DNA of 53,850 bases from an uncultured Geminicoccaceae bacterium. Its GTDB lineage: Bacteria > Pseudomonadota > Alphaproteobacteria > Geminicoccales > Geminicoccaceae. Below are positions 1 through 9,804 of the stretch, piece after piece. Position 1 is the first letter of the stretch; every line of letters starts with the position of its first letter. The notes under the pieces are model-generated. The model was not told where the DNA came from and did not search any database. It saw nothing but the letters and a program-made list of their open reading frames with translations. A program made the translations under genes and the position numbers. The DNA lies in the NCBI GenBank assembly GCA_964532215.1, contig CAZHHU010000001.1:10971-64820 (forward strand). Direction: 5' to 3'.

Positions 1-1469
1 TGGCTTCGAGTCGCAACCGTCGCATCTCCTTCGGCCGCATCATCACATTCGTCTTGCTGTTCATCGGATCCGCAGCCGCGGTCGGGCTCGTGCTCCCGTT
101 TCGACTTCCTCTCCCACCATCCGGGCACGAGACGGCCGTGCCGCGACCGCCACAGGCGGGTGCGATTCCCGATGTCGGGTCCGGGGCCACGACGCCCGGC
201 AAGACCGAGGCTTCCCCGTTCGTCCCCGGGAAGGGAATCCAGTGGCGGCCCGAGAAGGGCTTCGAGATCGCCGCCCGGCTTCCCGATCCGCTGCCCACGC
301 CGCCGGCGGCCATGGAGCCGCGGAGCCTGCCCGAACGCCTCGCCCGCAAAGTCGAGGTGTCCAAGGGCGATACGCTCATCGACATTCTGCTGCGGGCCGG
401 CATCCCGCGCGCGGAGGCGCATGAGGCCCTCTCGCGCCTCAAGGAGGTGTTCGACCCGCGGCGGCTGCGCCCGGGGCAGTATCTCACCCTGGAGCTCGAA
501 CGGACGCGGAAGCAGGATCGGGCGCTCAGGCTCGCCTCGCTGTCGCTGAGCCTCGATTGGGCCCGGGATGTGCGCCTGTCACGGGATGCGCGCACGGGTG
601 ACTTCGTCGTCGGCGAGGTCGAACGGCCGCTTCTGCGCCGTACCGAGCGCATCGCGGGCGTGGTGGAGGACAGCCTCTACCGCTCGGCGCGGCGGCACGG
701 CCTGCCGCGGGAGACGCTGCACGCTCTCATCCGCATCTTCAGCTGGGATGTCGACTTTCAGCGCGACCTCCAGCCCGGCGACCGCTTCGAGGTTCTCTTC
801 GAACGCCTCTATACGGCGGACGGTCTTCGCAGCCGCGGCGGCGACGTCCTCTTCGCATCGCTCGAGCTCGCCGGTCGCCCGGTTACGGCCTATCGCTTCC
901 GGCGCGCGGACGGCACGATCGCCTATTTCGACCGCGACGGACGGTCGCTGCGCAAGTCGCTGCTGCGCACGCCCATCGACGGGGCGCGCCTCACCTCCCG
1001 CTTCGGCATGCGCCGGCATCCCATCCTCGGCTACACCCGCATGCACAGAGGCGTCGACTTCGCTGCGCCGCGGGGCACGCCCGTATATGCCGCCGGTGAT
1101 GGCACGATCGTCTTCGCCGGGCGCAAGAGAGGCTACGGCAATTTCATCCGCATCCGTCACAACGCGCAGTTCGGGACCGGCTACGCCCACCTGAGCCGGA
1201 TCGCCAGGGGCATCCGTCGGGGAAAGCGCGTCCGGCAGGGGCAGGTCATCGGCTATGTGGGCAGCACGGGACTCGCTACCGGTCCCCACCTCCACTACGA
1301 GGTCTACCGCAACGGCCGCGCCATCAATCCTCTGAAACTGCGCACGATCGCATCCGACCGGCTGCGCGGGCGGGAGCTCGAGCGCTTCCGGCAGGTTGTG
1401 GCCGAAATCGACGCCCTGCGGCGGCAGCTCGAAGGAGAGCCGCAGCTCGCCAGCTACGACCTGCCCTGA
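1..1469 (+). CDS. M23 family metallopeptidase (LytM-type murein endopeptidase); 5' end probably outside the window
   Basis: ORF 54..1469 starts at TTG, but the frame stays open back to nt 3 (RNRRISFGRIITFVLLFIGSAAAVGLVL looks like a cytoplasmic tail plus TM helix). C-terminal M23 signature: HRGVDFAAPRGTPVYAAGDG...GYGNFIRIRH...GSTGLATGPHLHYEV. Confidence 0.85.
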   Translation, partial: ASSRNRRISFGRIITFVLLFIGSAAAVGLVLPFRLPLPPSGHETAVPRPPQAGAIPDVGSGATTPGKTEASPFVPGKGIQWRPEKGFEIAARLPDPLPTPPAAMEPRSLPERLARKVEVSKGDTLIDILLRAGIPRAEAHEALSRLKEVFDPRRLRPGQYLTLELERTRKQDRALRLASLSLSLDWARDVRLSRDARTGDFVVGEVERPLLRRTERIAGVVEDSLYRSARRHGLPRETLHALIRIFSWDVDFQRDLQPGDRFEVLFERLYTADGLRSRGGDVLFASLELAGRPVTAYRFRRADGTIAYFDRDGRSLRKSLLRTPIDGARLTSRFGMRRHPILGYTRMHRGVDFAAPRGTPVYAAGDGTIVFAGRKRGYGNFIRIRHNAQFGTGYAHLSRIARGIRRGKRVRQGQVIGYVGSTGLATGPHLHYEVYRNGRAINPLKLRTIASDRLRGRELERFRQVVAEIDALRRQLEGEPQLASYDLP

Positions 1470-1552
1470 GCGATCGTCCGCACTGCTGGCGCGGGCCCCG
1501 CTTCGATGCCACAATCGGCATCGGATGGCGGGACGAGCCGGGGGAGGCTGCC

Positions 1553-2173
1553 ATGCTGCGGATCTACGGCCGCACCAATTCCATCAATGTGCAGAAGGTC
1601 ATGTGGACGGTGGGCGAGCTCGGGCTCGCCCATGAGCGGATCGATGCCGGCGGCACCTTCGGGGGACTGGACACCGAAGAGTACGGGCGCCTCAACCCCA
1701 ACCGGAAGATTCCGACGCTCGTCGACGGGGACGTCGTGGTATGGGAATCGAATGCGATCGTGCGCTACCTCGCAGCACGGTACGGGGCCGGAAGCCTGTG
1801 GCCCGCGGACCCGGCGGCACGATCGTTCGCCGACCGCTGGATGGACTGGCAGCTGGCCGAGCTGCTGCCGCTGCTGCACCCGATCTTCTGGAACCTCGTG
1901 CGGACGCCGCCGGAAAAGCGCGACATGACGGCCGTGGAGCGGGCATCGCGGGCCATCGGGCCGCTCTGGCGCATTCTCGACGAATGGCTCGCGCAGCGGC
2001 GCTTCGTCGCCGGTGAGCAGCTCACCATGGGCGACATTCCGCTCGGCTGTGCCTTCTGGCGCTACCGCAATCTCGACATCCAGAGGCCGCCGCTTCCCCA
2101 TCTCGAGCGCTGGTTCGGCGAGCTTTCGGCGAGGCCCGCCTACCGGCAGCATGTCATGCTGCCGGTGACCTGA
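1553..2173 (+). CDS. glutathione S-transferase family protein
   Basis: 206 aa. The N-terminal thioredoxin-like GST fold is recognisable (MLRIYGRTNSINVQKV...NPNRKIPTLVDGDVVVWESNAIVRYLA). ATG is preceded by GGGGGAGG. Confidence 0.85.
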   Translation: MLRIYGRTNSINVQKVMWTVGELGLAHERIDAGGTFGGLDTEEYGRLNPNRKIPTLVDGDVVVWESNAIVRYLAARYGAGSLWPADPAARSFADRWMDWQLAELLPLLHPIFWNLVRTPPEKRDMTAVERASRAIGPLWRILDEWLAQRRFVAGEQLTMGDIPLGCAFWRYRNLDIQRPPLPHLERWFGELSARPAYRQHVMLPVT

Positions 2174-2195
2174 AGCGGCTGAGTCGCCCCCGGCG

Positions 2196-2834
2196 CTAGC
2201 GGAAGAGGAACGGGTCCGGCTGGGTCCTGGAGAAGGGGACGTCCTCTTCGGTCCACTTGCGGACGACCTCGTGCACGTGGACGTCTTCGCCGGCGTGCTT
2301 TCTCAGGATCTCGAGCGCCTTCCGCTCCTGCTCCTCGTCCCTGAGCTGGACCCAGAGCAGCAGGCCGCCCGACTCGAGCTTTTCCTCGATGTCCCTGGCC
2401 CGCAGCCGGCCGATGTACTGCGCGAGCATCGCACCGATGCCGCCGCCTGCACCCCCCGCCGCCGCGGCGGCGAGAAAGGCTGCCGGAATGGTGGCGCCGG
2501 CCGCGACCACGACGCCTGCGGTGACGAGACCACCGAGCAGGGCGAGGCCCGCCGTGAGCGCGGCCTTGCCCTCGGCCACTTCATGGCGGTCCACCGGCGC
2601 CCCGGTCGGGGCCTCGGGGTCGTCCTCGAGCTCGTGAACATCCTTCACGGCGTGGCCGAGCTTGTCTTCGACGACCTCCTTCCTGGCGAGGAGGTTGATC
2701 TGGGATCGATCGAAACCGGCAAGCTCGAGATCCTCGATCGCCTCCTCGAGATCGTCGTAGCTGTGGAACACCGCGACCGCTTCACGGACCCGATATTCCG
2801 CGAAGACCTCTTCCTTCTTCGGATCCCGCGGCAT
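2196..2834 (-). CDS. hypothetical membrane protein with a Gly/Ala-rich TM hairpin flanked by acidic soluble domains
   Basis: ORF 2196..2855. I prefer the ATG at 2834 because GGAGGG lies about 8 nt upstream. Central segment: ALTAGLALLGGLVTAGVVVAAGATIPAAFLAAAAAGGAGGGIGAML. No family recognised with confidence. Confidence 0.6.
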   Translation of the reverse strand: MPRDPKKEEVFAEYRVREAVAVFHSYDDLEEAIEDLELAGFDRSQINLLARKEVVEDKLGHAVKDVHELEDDPEAPTGAPVDRHEVAEGKAALTAGLALLGGLVTAGVVVAAGATIPAAFLAAAAAGGAGGGIGAMLAQYIGRLRARDIEEKLESGGLLLWVQLRDEEQERKALEILRKHAGEDVHVHEVVRKWTEEDVPFSRTQPDPFLFR

Positions 2835-2919
2835 CTCTCTGCCCTCCCTCCGCACGACTGGCGCCCGGTCTTCCTTTCATATATGCGCCGTCGCCGGCGG
2901 CGACGCAACGCGGGACCGC

Positions 2920-4659
2920 TCACATGTCCGGCAGCAGCTCCAGCGGGAGCATCTCCGATGGCGCCTCGACCGCCGGCACGAGCGCCAGTGCCGGGGGCAG
3001 AAGCTGCTGCGTGTAGAAACGCGCGAGGCCTGCAAGAGCCTCTCCCGCCGCGTCGGCATGGGCACGTCGGGCCAGCCGGGCGAGGAGAAAGCCGCCGAGG
3101 CTCCAGCCGAAGAGCTGGAGATAGGGGGTCGCCGCCGCTTCGCGATCGTCCCGCCCCGCCTCCTGAAGCCCGCGGGTGGTGCGCTCGAGGATGCCCAGCG
3201 CCTCCTCGAGCCGCGGCAGCAGGTCGACGAGCGGCGAGTCGGCGAGGGCCGCGAGCTCCTCGCCCAGCTCGGCGAACAGCGCGAAGGGGGCGCGTCCCTC
3301 ATCGAGGGCGAGCTTGCGCTGCACGAGGTCGATCGCCTGGATGCCGTTCGTGCCCTCGTAGATGGGCGTGATGCGGACATCCCGGTAGAGCTGGGCGATG
3401 CCGGTCTCCTCGATGTAGCCGATGCCGCCGTGAACCTGCAGCGCGAGCGAGCAGATCTCGACCGCGCGATCGGTGCACCAGGCCTTGCACACCGGCGTCA
3501 GCAGGGCCACGCGCTCGGCGGCCCGCCTTCGCGCTTCGGGCTCCCTCTCCCGATAGCTGCGGTCGACCCAGGCGCAGGTGAGCTGGCAGAGCGCCCGCAT
3601 GGCGACGAGGACGGCGCGCATGGTGGTGAGCATGCGACGGACGTCCGGATGCGCGATGATCGGCACCGCTCGTCCGTCCCGGCGCCCCTGCACCCGCTCG
3701 CGCGCATAGGCGAGCGCCTTCTGGAACGCGGCCTCGGCGATGCCCAGCCCCTCGATGCCGACGGCGATGCGGGCATTGTTCATCATCGTGAACATGCACC
3801 GCATGCCGCGGTTCTCCTCGCCGAGCAGGAAGCCGACCGCACCGCCCTCATCGCCGTAGCTCATGACGCAGGTGGGGCTGCCGTGGATGCCGAGTTTCTC
3901 CTCGAGCTTGAGGCAACGCAGATCGTTCCTCGCCCCCGGCCGGCCGTCGGCATCGGGCAGGAACTTGGGCACGAGGAACAGCGAGAGGCCGCGCGTGCCT
4001 TCAGGCGCGCCGGGAAGCCGGGCGAGGACGAAATGGACGATATTCTCGGCGAGATCGTGATCACCGAAGGTGATGAAGATCTTCTGTCCGAAGATCCGGT
4101 AGCGTTCGCCGTCGCGCTCCGCCCGGGTCCGCGCCGCACCGACATCGGAGCCCGCCTGCGGCTCGGTCAGGCACATCGCCGCGGTCCAGCGGCCGGACAC
4201 CAGAGGTGGCAGGTAGACCCGCTTCTGCTCCGGGCTTCCGTGGGCGAGCAGGGCCTCGACTCCGGCCTGGGTGAGCAGCGGGCAGAGCTCGAAGGTCATG
4301 CTGGCGGCGTTCCAGATCTCGGCGACCGCGCCGCCGAGAAGCCAGGGCAGCCCCTGGCCGCCCCACTGCTGCGGAAACACCAGCCCGTTCCATCCCCCTT
4401 CGCTGAAGCGGCGGTAGGCCTCGCGCACCGCTTGCGGCATGCGGACCTCGCCTTCGACGAGCCGGGGCGGCTCGCGGTCGAGCAGCCGTCGCAGCGGGAG
4501 GAGCACCCCGGCTGCGAATTTTCCCGCCTCTTCGAGGATTGCCCGCACCGTCTCGAGATCCGCCGCCTCCAGCCCCTCGAGGCGGGCGATCGCCTCGATG
4601 TCGCCGATATGACGAAGGTGGAGCAGGATCTCCTCGACCGGCGCCCGGTATTCGCTCAC
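2920..4659 (-). CDS. acyl-CoA dehydrogenase, long form with C-terminal extension
   Basis: ORF 2920..4800. Start moved to GTG 4659, which is preceded by GGAGAGGGA. The longer start would run into the tRNA promoter region. ACAD motifs: MCLTEPQAGSDVG, GQKIFITFGDHD, QVHGGIGYIEETGIAQLYRDVRITPIYEGTNGIQAIDL. Confidence 0.9.
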   Translation of the reverse strand: MSEYRAPVEEILLHLRHIGDIEAIARLEGLEAADLETVRAILEEAGKFAAGVLLPLRRLLDREPPRLVEGEVRMPQAVREAYRRFSEGGWNGLVFPQQWGGQGLPWLLGGAVAEIWNAASMTFELCPLLTQAGVEALLAHGSPEQKRVYLPPLVSGRWTAAMCLTEPQAGSDVGAARTRAERDGERYRIFGQKIFITFGDHDLAENIVHFVLARLPGAPEGTRGLSLFLVPKFLPDADGRPGARNDLRCLKLEEKLGIHGSPTCVMSYGDEGGAVGFLLGEENRGMRCMFTMMNNARIAVGIEGLGIAEAAFQKALAYARERVQGRRDGRAVPIIAHPDVRRMLTTMRAVLVAMRALCQLTCAWVDRSYREREPEARRRAAERVALLTPVCKAWCTDRAVEICSLALQVHGGIGYIEETGIAQLYRDVRITPIYEGTNGIQAIDLVQRKLALDEGRAPFALFAELGEELAALADSPLVDLLPRLEEALGILERTTRGLQEAGRDDREAAATPYLQLFGWSLGGFLLARLARRAHADAAGEALAGLARFYTQQLLPPALALVPAVEAPSEMLPLELLPDM

Positions 4660-4778
4660 CGTCCCTCTCCGCTCGCATCGCCGACGCGCTCTATGACCCA
4701 GGGCTCCGGCCCCGGCAAGAAGCCTGCCGCGCAGATCGCGCGAGGCGGCATGCGTCGGCGCCCCCTCGCCCCGGCCGC

Positions 4779-4807
4779 TTGACATCGGCAGGCGGCCCAC
4801 CCATACC
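4779..4807 (+). promoter_or_regulatory. candidate sigma70-type promoter of tRNA-Ala
   Basis: TTGACA (4779..4784), 17-nt spacer, CATACC (4802..4807). It ends about 12 nt upstream of the mature tRNA 5' end. Confidence 0.4.
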
Positions 4808-4819
4808 GAAGTCCGCGGT

Positions 4820-4895
4820 GGGGCCGTAGCTCAGTTGGGAGAGCGCCAGAATCGCACTCTGGAGGTCGGGGGTTCAAGTCCCCTCGGCTCCACCA
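4820..4895 (+). tRNA. tRNA-Ala (anticodon CGC)
   Basis: 76 nt folded by hand into a cloverleaf: acceptor GGGGCCG/CGGCTCC with the G3:U70 alanine identity pair, anticodon loop AUCGCAC (U33, CGC, A37), T-loop TTCAAGT, encoded CCA. Confidence 0.95.
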
Positions 4896-4954
4896 GAACC
4901 CAGCCGATCCAGAGCCATCCGGGTCCTCGCTGCGGCGTGTCGCCAGGCCTGCGA

Positions 4955-4982
4955 TTGACCGCGGGTCCATGGTTGCTAGTTT
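4955..4982 (+). promoter_or_regulatory. candidate promoter of the yceD-plsX-fabH operon
   Basis: TTGACC (4955..4960), 16-nt spacer, TAGTTT (4977..4982). It lies inside the 5' part of track ORF 4969..5583, which argues for the later start at 5056. Confidence 0.3.
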
Positions 4983-5055
4983 AGATCCGTGCTCATCGCG
5001 CTCTGGGCGCCGCAGGCATATTCCCGCGACGCGGCATTTCCCGGAGGGTTCTTCC

Positions 5056-5583
5056 TTGCGCAGCACCACCGAATTCTCCCGCCCCTTCGAGATCGCCGAG
5101 CTCGCCAAGGCGGCGTTGCCCTTCGAGATCGAGGCGACGCCCGATGAGCGGGCCGCGGTCGCCCGCCGACTGGAGCTCCTGGAGTTGCCGGAGCTTCGCG
5201 CCCAGGGGCGGGTCGAGGCGGCAGGCGGCGGTGTCGTCCGCGTGCGCGGTCGCGTCGTGGCGCAGCTCGTGCAGCGCTGCGTGGTCACGCTCGAGCCGGT
5301 GGAGAACCGGGTCGAGGCCGATTTCGAGCGCCTGTTCCTGCGCAGTGGCGGCGCGGCCTCCACCTTGGTCGAAGTCGCCGCCGAGGAGGTGGACATCGAG
5401 CCGCTCCTCGGCGATATCCTCGACCTCGGCGAGATCGTGACCGAGGAACTCGCGCTCGTCATGGATCCCTATCCCCGTGCGCCCCACGCCTCGGAGTATC
5501 TCGAGGCCTACACCCGGGAACAGGACCGCGAGCCTCCCGCGAGCCCGCTTGCGGCCCTGCTCGGGCGGCGGCACGGGGACTGA
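5056..5583 (+). CDS. yceD: YceD/DUF177 family protein (ribosome maturation / 23S rRNA accumulation factor)
   Basis: ORF 4969..5583. TTG at 5056 has GGAGGG 8 nt upstream. The acidic C-terminal part (DIEPLLGDILDLGEIVTEELALVMDPYPRAP) and the position directly upstream of plsX are typical of the family. Confidence 0.8.
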   Translation: MRSTTEFSRPFEIAELAKAALPFEIEATPDERAAVARRLELLELPELRAQGRVEAAGGGVVRVRGRVVAQLVQRCVVTLEPVENRVEADFERLFLRSGGAASTLVEVAAEEVDIEPLLGDILDLGEIVTEELALVMDPYPRAPHASEYLEAYTREQDREPPASPLAALLGRRHGD

Positions 5584-5657
5584 GGGACGCCCCGGGTGCG
5601 GACTTCCCCGTCACGCTCCGTTTCGCCGACCCGGATTCCCATCTTCGAGGTCGATGG

Positions 5658-6698
5658 ATGTCACGGGTGATCGCGCTCGACGCCATGGGCGGAGACGACG
5701 CCCCTGCCGTCGTCGTACAGGGCGCACGGCGGGCGCTTGAAGAGCGTCCCGGGCTGCGCTTTCTCCTCTTCGGCGACCGCCGCAAGCTCGAGCCTCTGCT
5801 CGCTTCCGGCCCCAGCGAAGCCTTCACCGTGCGCCACACCGAAGAGTTCGTACCGAACGACGCAAGGCCGTCGCTGGCCCTGCGTCAGGGGCGCAACAGC
5901 AGCATGCGTCTCGCCATCGAGGCGGTGAAGAGCGGTGAAGCCGATGCCGCGGTTTCGGCCGGAAATACCGGTGCCCTCATGGCGATGGCGAAGTTCGTGC
6001 TGCGGACGCTGCCCGGCATCGACCGCCCGGCGATCGTGACCACCCTTCCCGGCCGCAACGGGCCCTATGTCATGCTCGATCTCGGCGCGAACGTGGACTG
6101 CGACGCCGAGCATCTGCTCCAGTTCGCCGTCATGGGTGAGGCCTACGCGCGGGCGGTACTGGGCAAGGATCGCCCCCGGCTGGCCCTGCTCAACATCGGC
6201 ACCGAGGAGATCAAGGGAGAGGGCATCGTCCGCAAGGCGGCCACGGCGATCCGCGAACGGCTGCCCCAGATCGCCTATGTCGGCTTCGTCGAGGGCGACG
6301 ACGTGATGCGCGGCGAGGTGGATGTGGTCGTGACCGACGGGTTCACCGGCAATGTCGCCCTCAAGATCGCCGAAGGCGCCTCCCGCCTGTATTCGAGCAG
6401 CCTCGCCGAGGCCTTCCGCTCGAGCGTCTCGGCCCGGCTCGGCTATCTCCTCGCCCGGCGCGCGCTCGAGCGCGTGCGCGGCCGTCTCGATCCCCGCCGG
6501 TACAACGGCGCCATGTTCGTGGGCCTCAACGGCGTCGTCGTGAAGAGCCACGGCGGCACCGATGCCTTCGGCTTCGCCTGCGCCATCACCGCCGCCGCGC
6601 GCCTCGTCGAGAGCCGCACCAACGAGCGCATCATCGCCGAGATGCGTGGCCTCGGCGGTAGCGACGAGGCCGTCGCGGCGCGGGTGACCGCCCCGTGA
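5658..6698 (+). CDS. plsX: phosphate acyltransferase PlsX
   Basis: [16 protein letters not shown]...[10 protein letters not shown]...[13 protein letters not shown]...GVVVKSHG. Synteny with fabH. Confidence 0.95.
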   Translation: MSRVIALDAMGGDDAPAVVVQGARRALEERPGLRFLLFGDRRKLEPLLASGPSEAFTVRHTEEFVPNDARPSLALRQGRNSSMRLAIEAVKSGEADAAVSAGNTGALMAMAKFVLRTLPGIDRPAIVTTLPGRNGPYVMLDLGANVDCDAEHLLQFAVMGEAYARAVLGKDRPRLALLNIGTEEIKGEGIVRKAATAIRERLPQIAYVGFVEGDDVMRGEVDVVVTDGFTGNVALKIAEGASRLYSSSLAEAFRSSVSARLGYLLARRALERVRGRLDPRRYNGAMFVGLNGVVVKSHGGTDAFGFACAITAAARLVESRTNERIIAEMRGLGGSDEAVAARVTAP

Positions 6699-7675
6699 GA
6701 TCCCGTCTGCGGGCCCGGGCGCTGGCGGTCGGGGGCCATCTGCCCGCGCAGGTGGTCACCAACGACGAGCTCGCGAGCCGCATCGACACGTCGGACGCCT
6801 GGATCAGGGAGCGCACGGGCATCCGTGCCCGTCACATCGCCGCCCAGGGCGAACTCACCTCCGATCTCGCCGCCGCCGCCGCCCGCGCCGCGCTCGCCCG
6901 CGCCGGGCGGCGTCCCGAAGACGTCGATCTCGTCCTCGTCGCCACCTCGACCCCCGACAACACCTTTCCCGCCACCGCCACCGCCGTGCAGCGCAAGCTC
7001 GGCGTCGGACCGTCGCTCGCCTTCGACCTGCAGGCGGTCTGTGCCGGCTTCGCCTACGCCCTCGCGGTGGCCAACGACCTCATCCTGGCGGGAACCGCAA
7101 GGCGTGCGCTCGTGATCGGGGCCGAAACCTTCTCGCGCCTTCTCGACTGGGAGGACCGCGCCACCTGCGTGCTCTTCGGCGACGGGGCCGGGGCGCTGCT
7201 GCTGGAAGCCGAGGAGCAGACCGGCACGATCCTCGATCGCGGCGTGCTCGCCCACGATCTCCATGCGGACGGTCGCTACTACGAACAGCTCTACGTCGAC
7301 GGCGGCCCCTCCTCGACCGGCACCGTCGGCCACCTCCGCATGAACGGCCGCGAGGTCTTCCGCTTCGCGGTGCTCGCACTTGCCGACAGTGCGCGGCGCG
7401 TGTGCCGGCGGGCGGGCATCGCTCCGAGCGATGTGGACTGGTTCGTGCCCCATCAGGCGAACCTGCGCATCATCGACGCGGTCGCAAAGCGCCTCGAACT
7501 TCCCCGGGAGCGGGTCGCCGTCACCGTGGACCGGCATGCGAACACCTCGGCCGCCTCGATCCCGCTCGCCCTCGATCGGCTCTCCACCGAGGGCCGCCTG
7601 CAGCCCGGCCAGCTCGTTCTCCTGAGCGCGATCGGCGGCGGCTTCGCTTGGGGTTCGGTGCTCATGCGCTGGTAG
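6695..7675 (+). CDS. fabH: 3-oxoacyl-ACP synthase III (FabH)
   Basis: GTGA overlap with the plsX stop. Motifs: [15 protein letters not shown] (active-site Cys), [31 protein letters not shown]. Confidence 0.95.
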   Translation: MRSRLRARALAVGGHLPAQVVTNDELASRIDTSDAWIRERTGIRARHIAAQGELTSDLAAAAARAALARAGRRPEDVDLVLVATSTPDNTFPATATAVQRKLGVGPSLAFDLQAVCAGFAYALAVANDLILAGTARRALVIGAETFSRLLDWEDRATCVLFGDGAGALLLEAEEQTGTILDRGVLAHDLHADGRYYEQLYVDGGPSSTGTVGHLRMNGREVFRFAVLALADSARRVCRRAGIAPSDVDWFVPHQANLRIIDAVAKRLELPRERVAVTVDRHANTSAASIPLALDRLSTEGRLQPGQLVLLSAIGGGFAWGSVLMRW

Positions 7676-7755
7676 CGGGCGGCGCCGGTCCCTCGACCGC
7701 AGGGACGGGCAATCTAGATTGGAGCGCGAAGCCGGGGCGCAACGGAGGGCTGCCC

Positions 7756-8820
7756 ATGGCGGAGGTCGCGAGCTTCACCATCGAACACGTGGCCTTTCTC
7801 GCCCCCGACGGTCGCCCGCTGGGGGAACTGCCGGCATGGGCCGGGGACCGCGAACTCCTCGTCGCCCTGTACCGCGGCATGGTCCTGACCCGGACCTTCG
7901 ATGCCAAGGCGGTCGCCCTGCAGCGCACGGGACGCCTCGGCACCGTGGCCTCGAGCCTGGGGCAGGAGGCCGTGGCCGTCGGGGTGGCGGCCGCCATGCG
8001 GGCGGAGGACGTGTTCCTGCCCTCCTTCCGCGAACAGGGCGCCATGCTGTGGCGGGGCGTCACCCTCGAGGAACTGTTCACCTACTGGGGGGGCGACGAG
8101 CGGGGATCGAACTGGAAGGGGCCCCGCGAGGACTTTCCGATCTGCGTTCCGGTCGGCACCCATGCGCCGCACGCGGTCGGCGTGGCGCTCGCCTTCCGGC
8201 TGCGCCGGGAGCCGCGCGTTGCGGTATGCGTCTTCGGCGATGGCGCCACCTCCCGCGGCGACGTCTACGAGTCCCTGAACGCCGCCGGTGTCTGGCGACT
8301 CCCCTGCGTCTTCGTGATCAACAACAACCAGTGGGCGATCTCCGTGCCGCGCAGCCGCCAGACCGCCGCCCGGACCCTCGCCCAGAAGGCCATCGCCTGC
8401 GGCATCCCCGGCCTCCAGGTGGACGGCAACGACATCATCGCGGTGCGCGAGATCGTGAGCCAGGCGGTCGAGCGGGCGCGTGCCGGCGAAGGGCCCACGC
8501 TCGTCGAGGCGGTGACCTACCGGCTGTCCGATCACACCACCGCCGACGACGCCAGCCGCTACCGCGACGACGCGGAGGTGAGCGAACAGTGGAAGCTTGA
8601 GCCGGTTGCGCGGCTGCGCGCCTTCATGGTCGCGCGGGGTATGTGGAGCAAGGAGGACGAGGAAGCGCTGCAGCGGGCGTGCCGCGAGCTCGTGGATGCG
8701 GCCGCGGAAGCCTATCTCGGCCTCGAGCCGGAGCCCCCTACGGCGATGTTCGATCATCTCCATGCGACCCTGCCCGCCGCCTATGAGGCGCAGTACGACG
8801 AGCTGCGCGCGGAGAGCTGA
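7756..8820 (+). CDS. TPP-dependent 2-oxoacid dehydrogenase E1 component, alpha subunit (Bacillus PdhA/BkdA/AcoA-like)
   Basis: Track ORF 7402..8820. ATG at 7756 has GGAGGG upstream. TPP motif: GDGATSRGDVYESLNAAGVWRLPCVFVINNNQWAIS. Also GPTLVEAVTYRLSDHTTADD. Confidence 0.9.
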   Translation: MAEVASFTIEHVAFLAPDGRPLGELPAWAGDRELLVALYRGMVLTRTFDAKAVALQRTGRLGTVASSLGQEAVAVGVAAAMRAEDVFLPSFREQGAMLWRGVTLEELFTYWGGDERGSNWKGPREDFPICVPVGTHAPHAVGVALAFRLRREPRVAVCVFGDGATSRGDVYESLNAAGVWRLPCVFVINNNQWAISVPRSRQTAARTLAQKAIACGIPGLQVDGNDIIAVREIVSQAVERARAGEGPTLVEAVTYRLSDHTTADDASRYRDDAEVSEQWKLEPVARLRAFMVARGMWSKEDEEALQRACRELVDAAAEAYLGLEPEPPTAMFDHLHATLPAAYEAQYDELRAES

Positions 8821-8823
8821 GCC

Positions 8824-9804
8824 GTGGCCGAACTCACCCTCGTCGAGGCGGTACGCGCCGCGCTGTCGCGGGCGATGGAGGAAGACGAACGGGTCGTCCT
8901 GCTGGGGGAGGATATCGGCCGTGACGGGGGCGTGTTCCGCGCCACCGAGGGCCTGCTCGAGCGGTTCGGCGAGGAGCGGGTGCTCGATACGCCGCTTTCC
9001 GAGTCCCTGTTCGCGGGTCTCGCCGTCGGGCTCGCCGCCCAGGGCTTCCGACCGGTGGTCGAGTATCAGTTCATGGGCTTCATCTACCCGGCCATCGACC
9101 AGCTCGTGAGCCATGCCGGGCGACTGCGCAACCGCACCCGCGGGCGGCTTTCCTGCCCGCTCGTCGTGCGGGCGCCCTATGGCGGCGGCATCCGGGCACC
9201 GGAGCACCATTCGGAAAGCACCGAGGCGATGTTCGCCCACATCCCGGGCATCCGCGTCGTCATTCCCTCCTCCCCTTCCCGAGCCTACGGACTGCTCCTC
9301 GCCGCCATCCGCGACCCGGATCCGGTGGTGTTTCTCGAGCCCAAGCGGATCTACCGGGCGTTCCGCGAGGAGGTGGCGGACGACGGCCGGGCGCTGCCGC
9401 TCGATCGCGCCTTCGTTCTGCGTCCGGGAAGCGATGTCACCCTCGTCACCTGGGGGGCGATGATCGTCGAAGCGACCCGGGCCGCAGAGCGCGCGGCCGA
9501 GGACGGGATCTCGGTGGAGATCGTCGATCTGGCCACGCTCAAGCCCTATGACGCCGCGACCGTTCTCGATTCCGTCACGAAGACCGGGCGCTGCGTCATC
9601 CTGCACGAGGCCGCACGGACCGCGGGCTTCGGCGCCGAGGTGGCGGCGGCGGTCGCGGAGGGCGCGCTGTTCTCGCTCGTGGCGCCGGTGGTGCGGGTCA
9701 CCGGTTATGATACGGTGATGCCGCTGCCGAAGCTCGAGGAGCACTACCTGCCCGGCGTGCCCCGGGTGCTCGAGGCGATCCGCAAGGTGATGAGCTATCG
9801 ATGA
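8824..9804 (+). CDS. 2-oxoacid dehydrogenase E1 component, beta subunit
   Basis: 326 aa with a GTG start 3 nt after the E1alpha stop. Transketolase-like pyrimidine-binding and C-terminal domains (VVLLGEDIG..GGVFRATEGL, DTPLSE, VVRAPYGGG, PWGAM-type VTWGAM). Confidence 0.92.
   Translation: MAELTLVEAVRAALSRAMEEDERVVLLGEDIGRDGGVFRATEGLLERFGEERVLDTPLSESLFAGLAVGLAAQGFRPVVEYQFMGFIYPAIDQLVSHAGRLRNRTRGRLSCPLVVRAPYGGGIRAPEHHSESTEAMFAHIPGIRVVIPSSPSRAYGLLLAAIRDPDPVVFLEPKRIYRAFREEVADDGRALPLDRAFVLRPGSDVTLVTWGAMIVEATRAAERAAEDGISVEIVDLATLKPYDAATVLDSVTKTGRCVILHEAARTAGFGAEVAAAVAEGALFSLVAPVVRVTGYDTVMPLPKLEEHYLPGVPRVLEAIRKVMSYR

Noticed and set aside
7714-9744. Other very long antisense or alternative-frame ORFs: 7714..9744(-), 3058..4782(+), 11083..12567(-), 30794..32395(-), 39318..41114(-), 41689..43140(-), 47522..48976(-), 18591..20183(-), 20238..22226(-).
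   Set aside because: Each lies opposite, or out of frame with, a gene that has clear family motifs. The translations are Arg/Pro/Gly/Ala-rich with no domain signatures. They are GC-bias artefacts.
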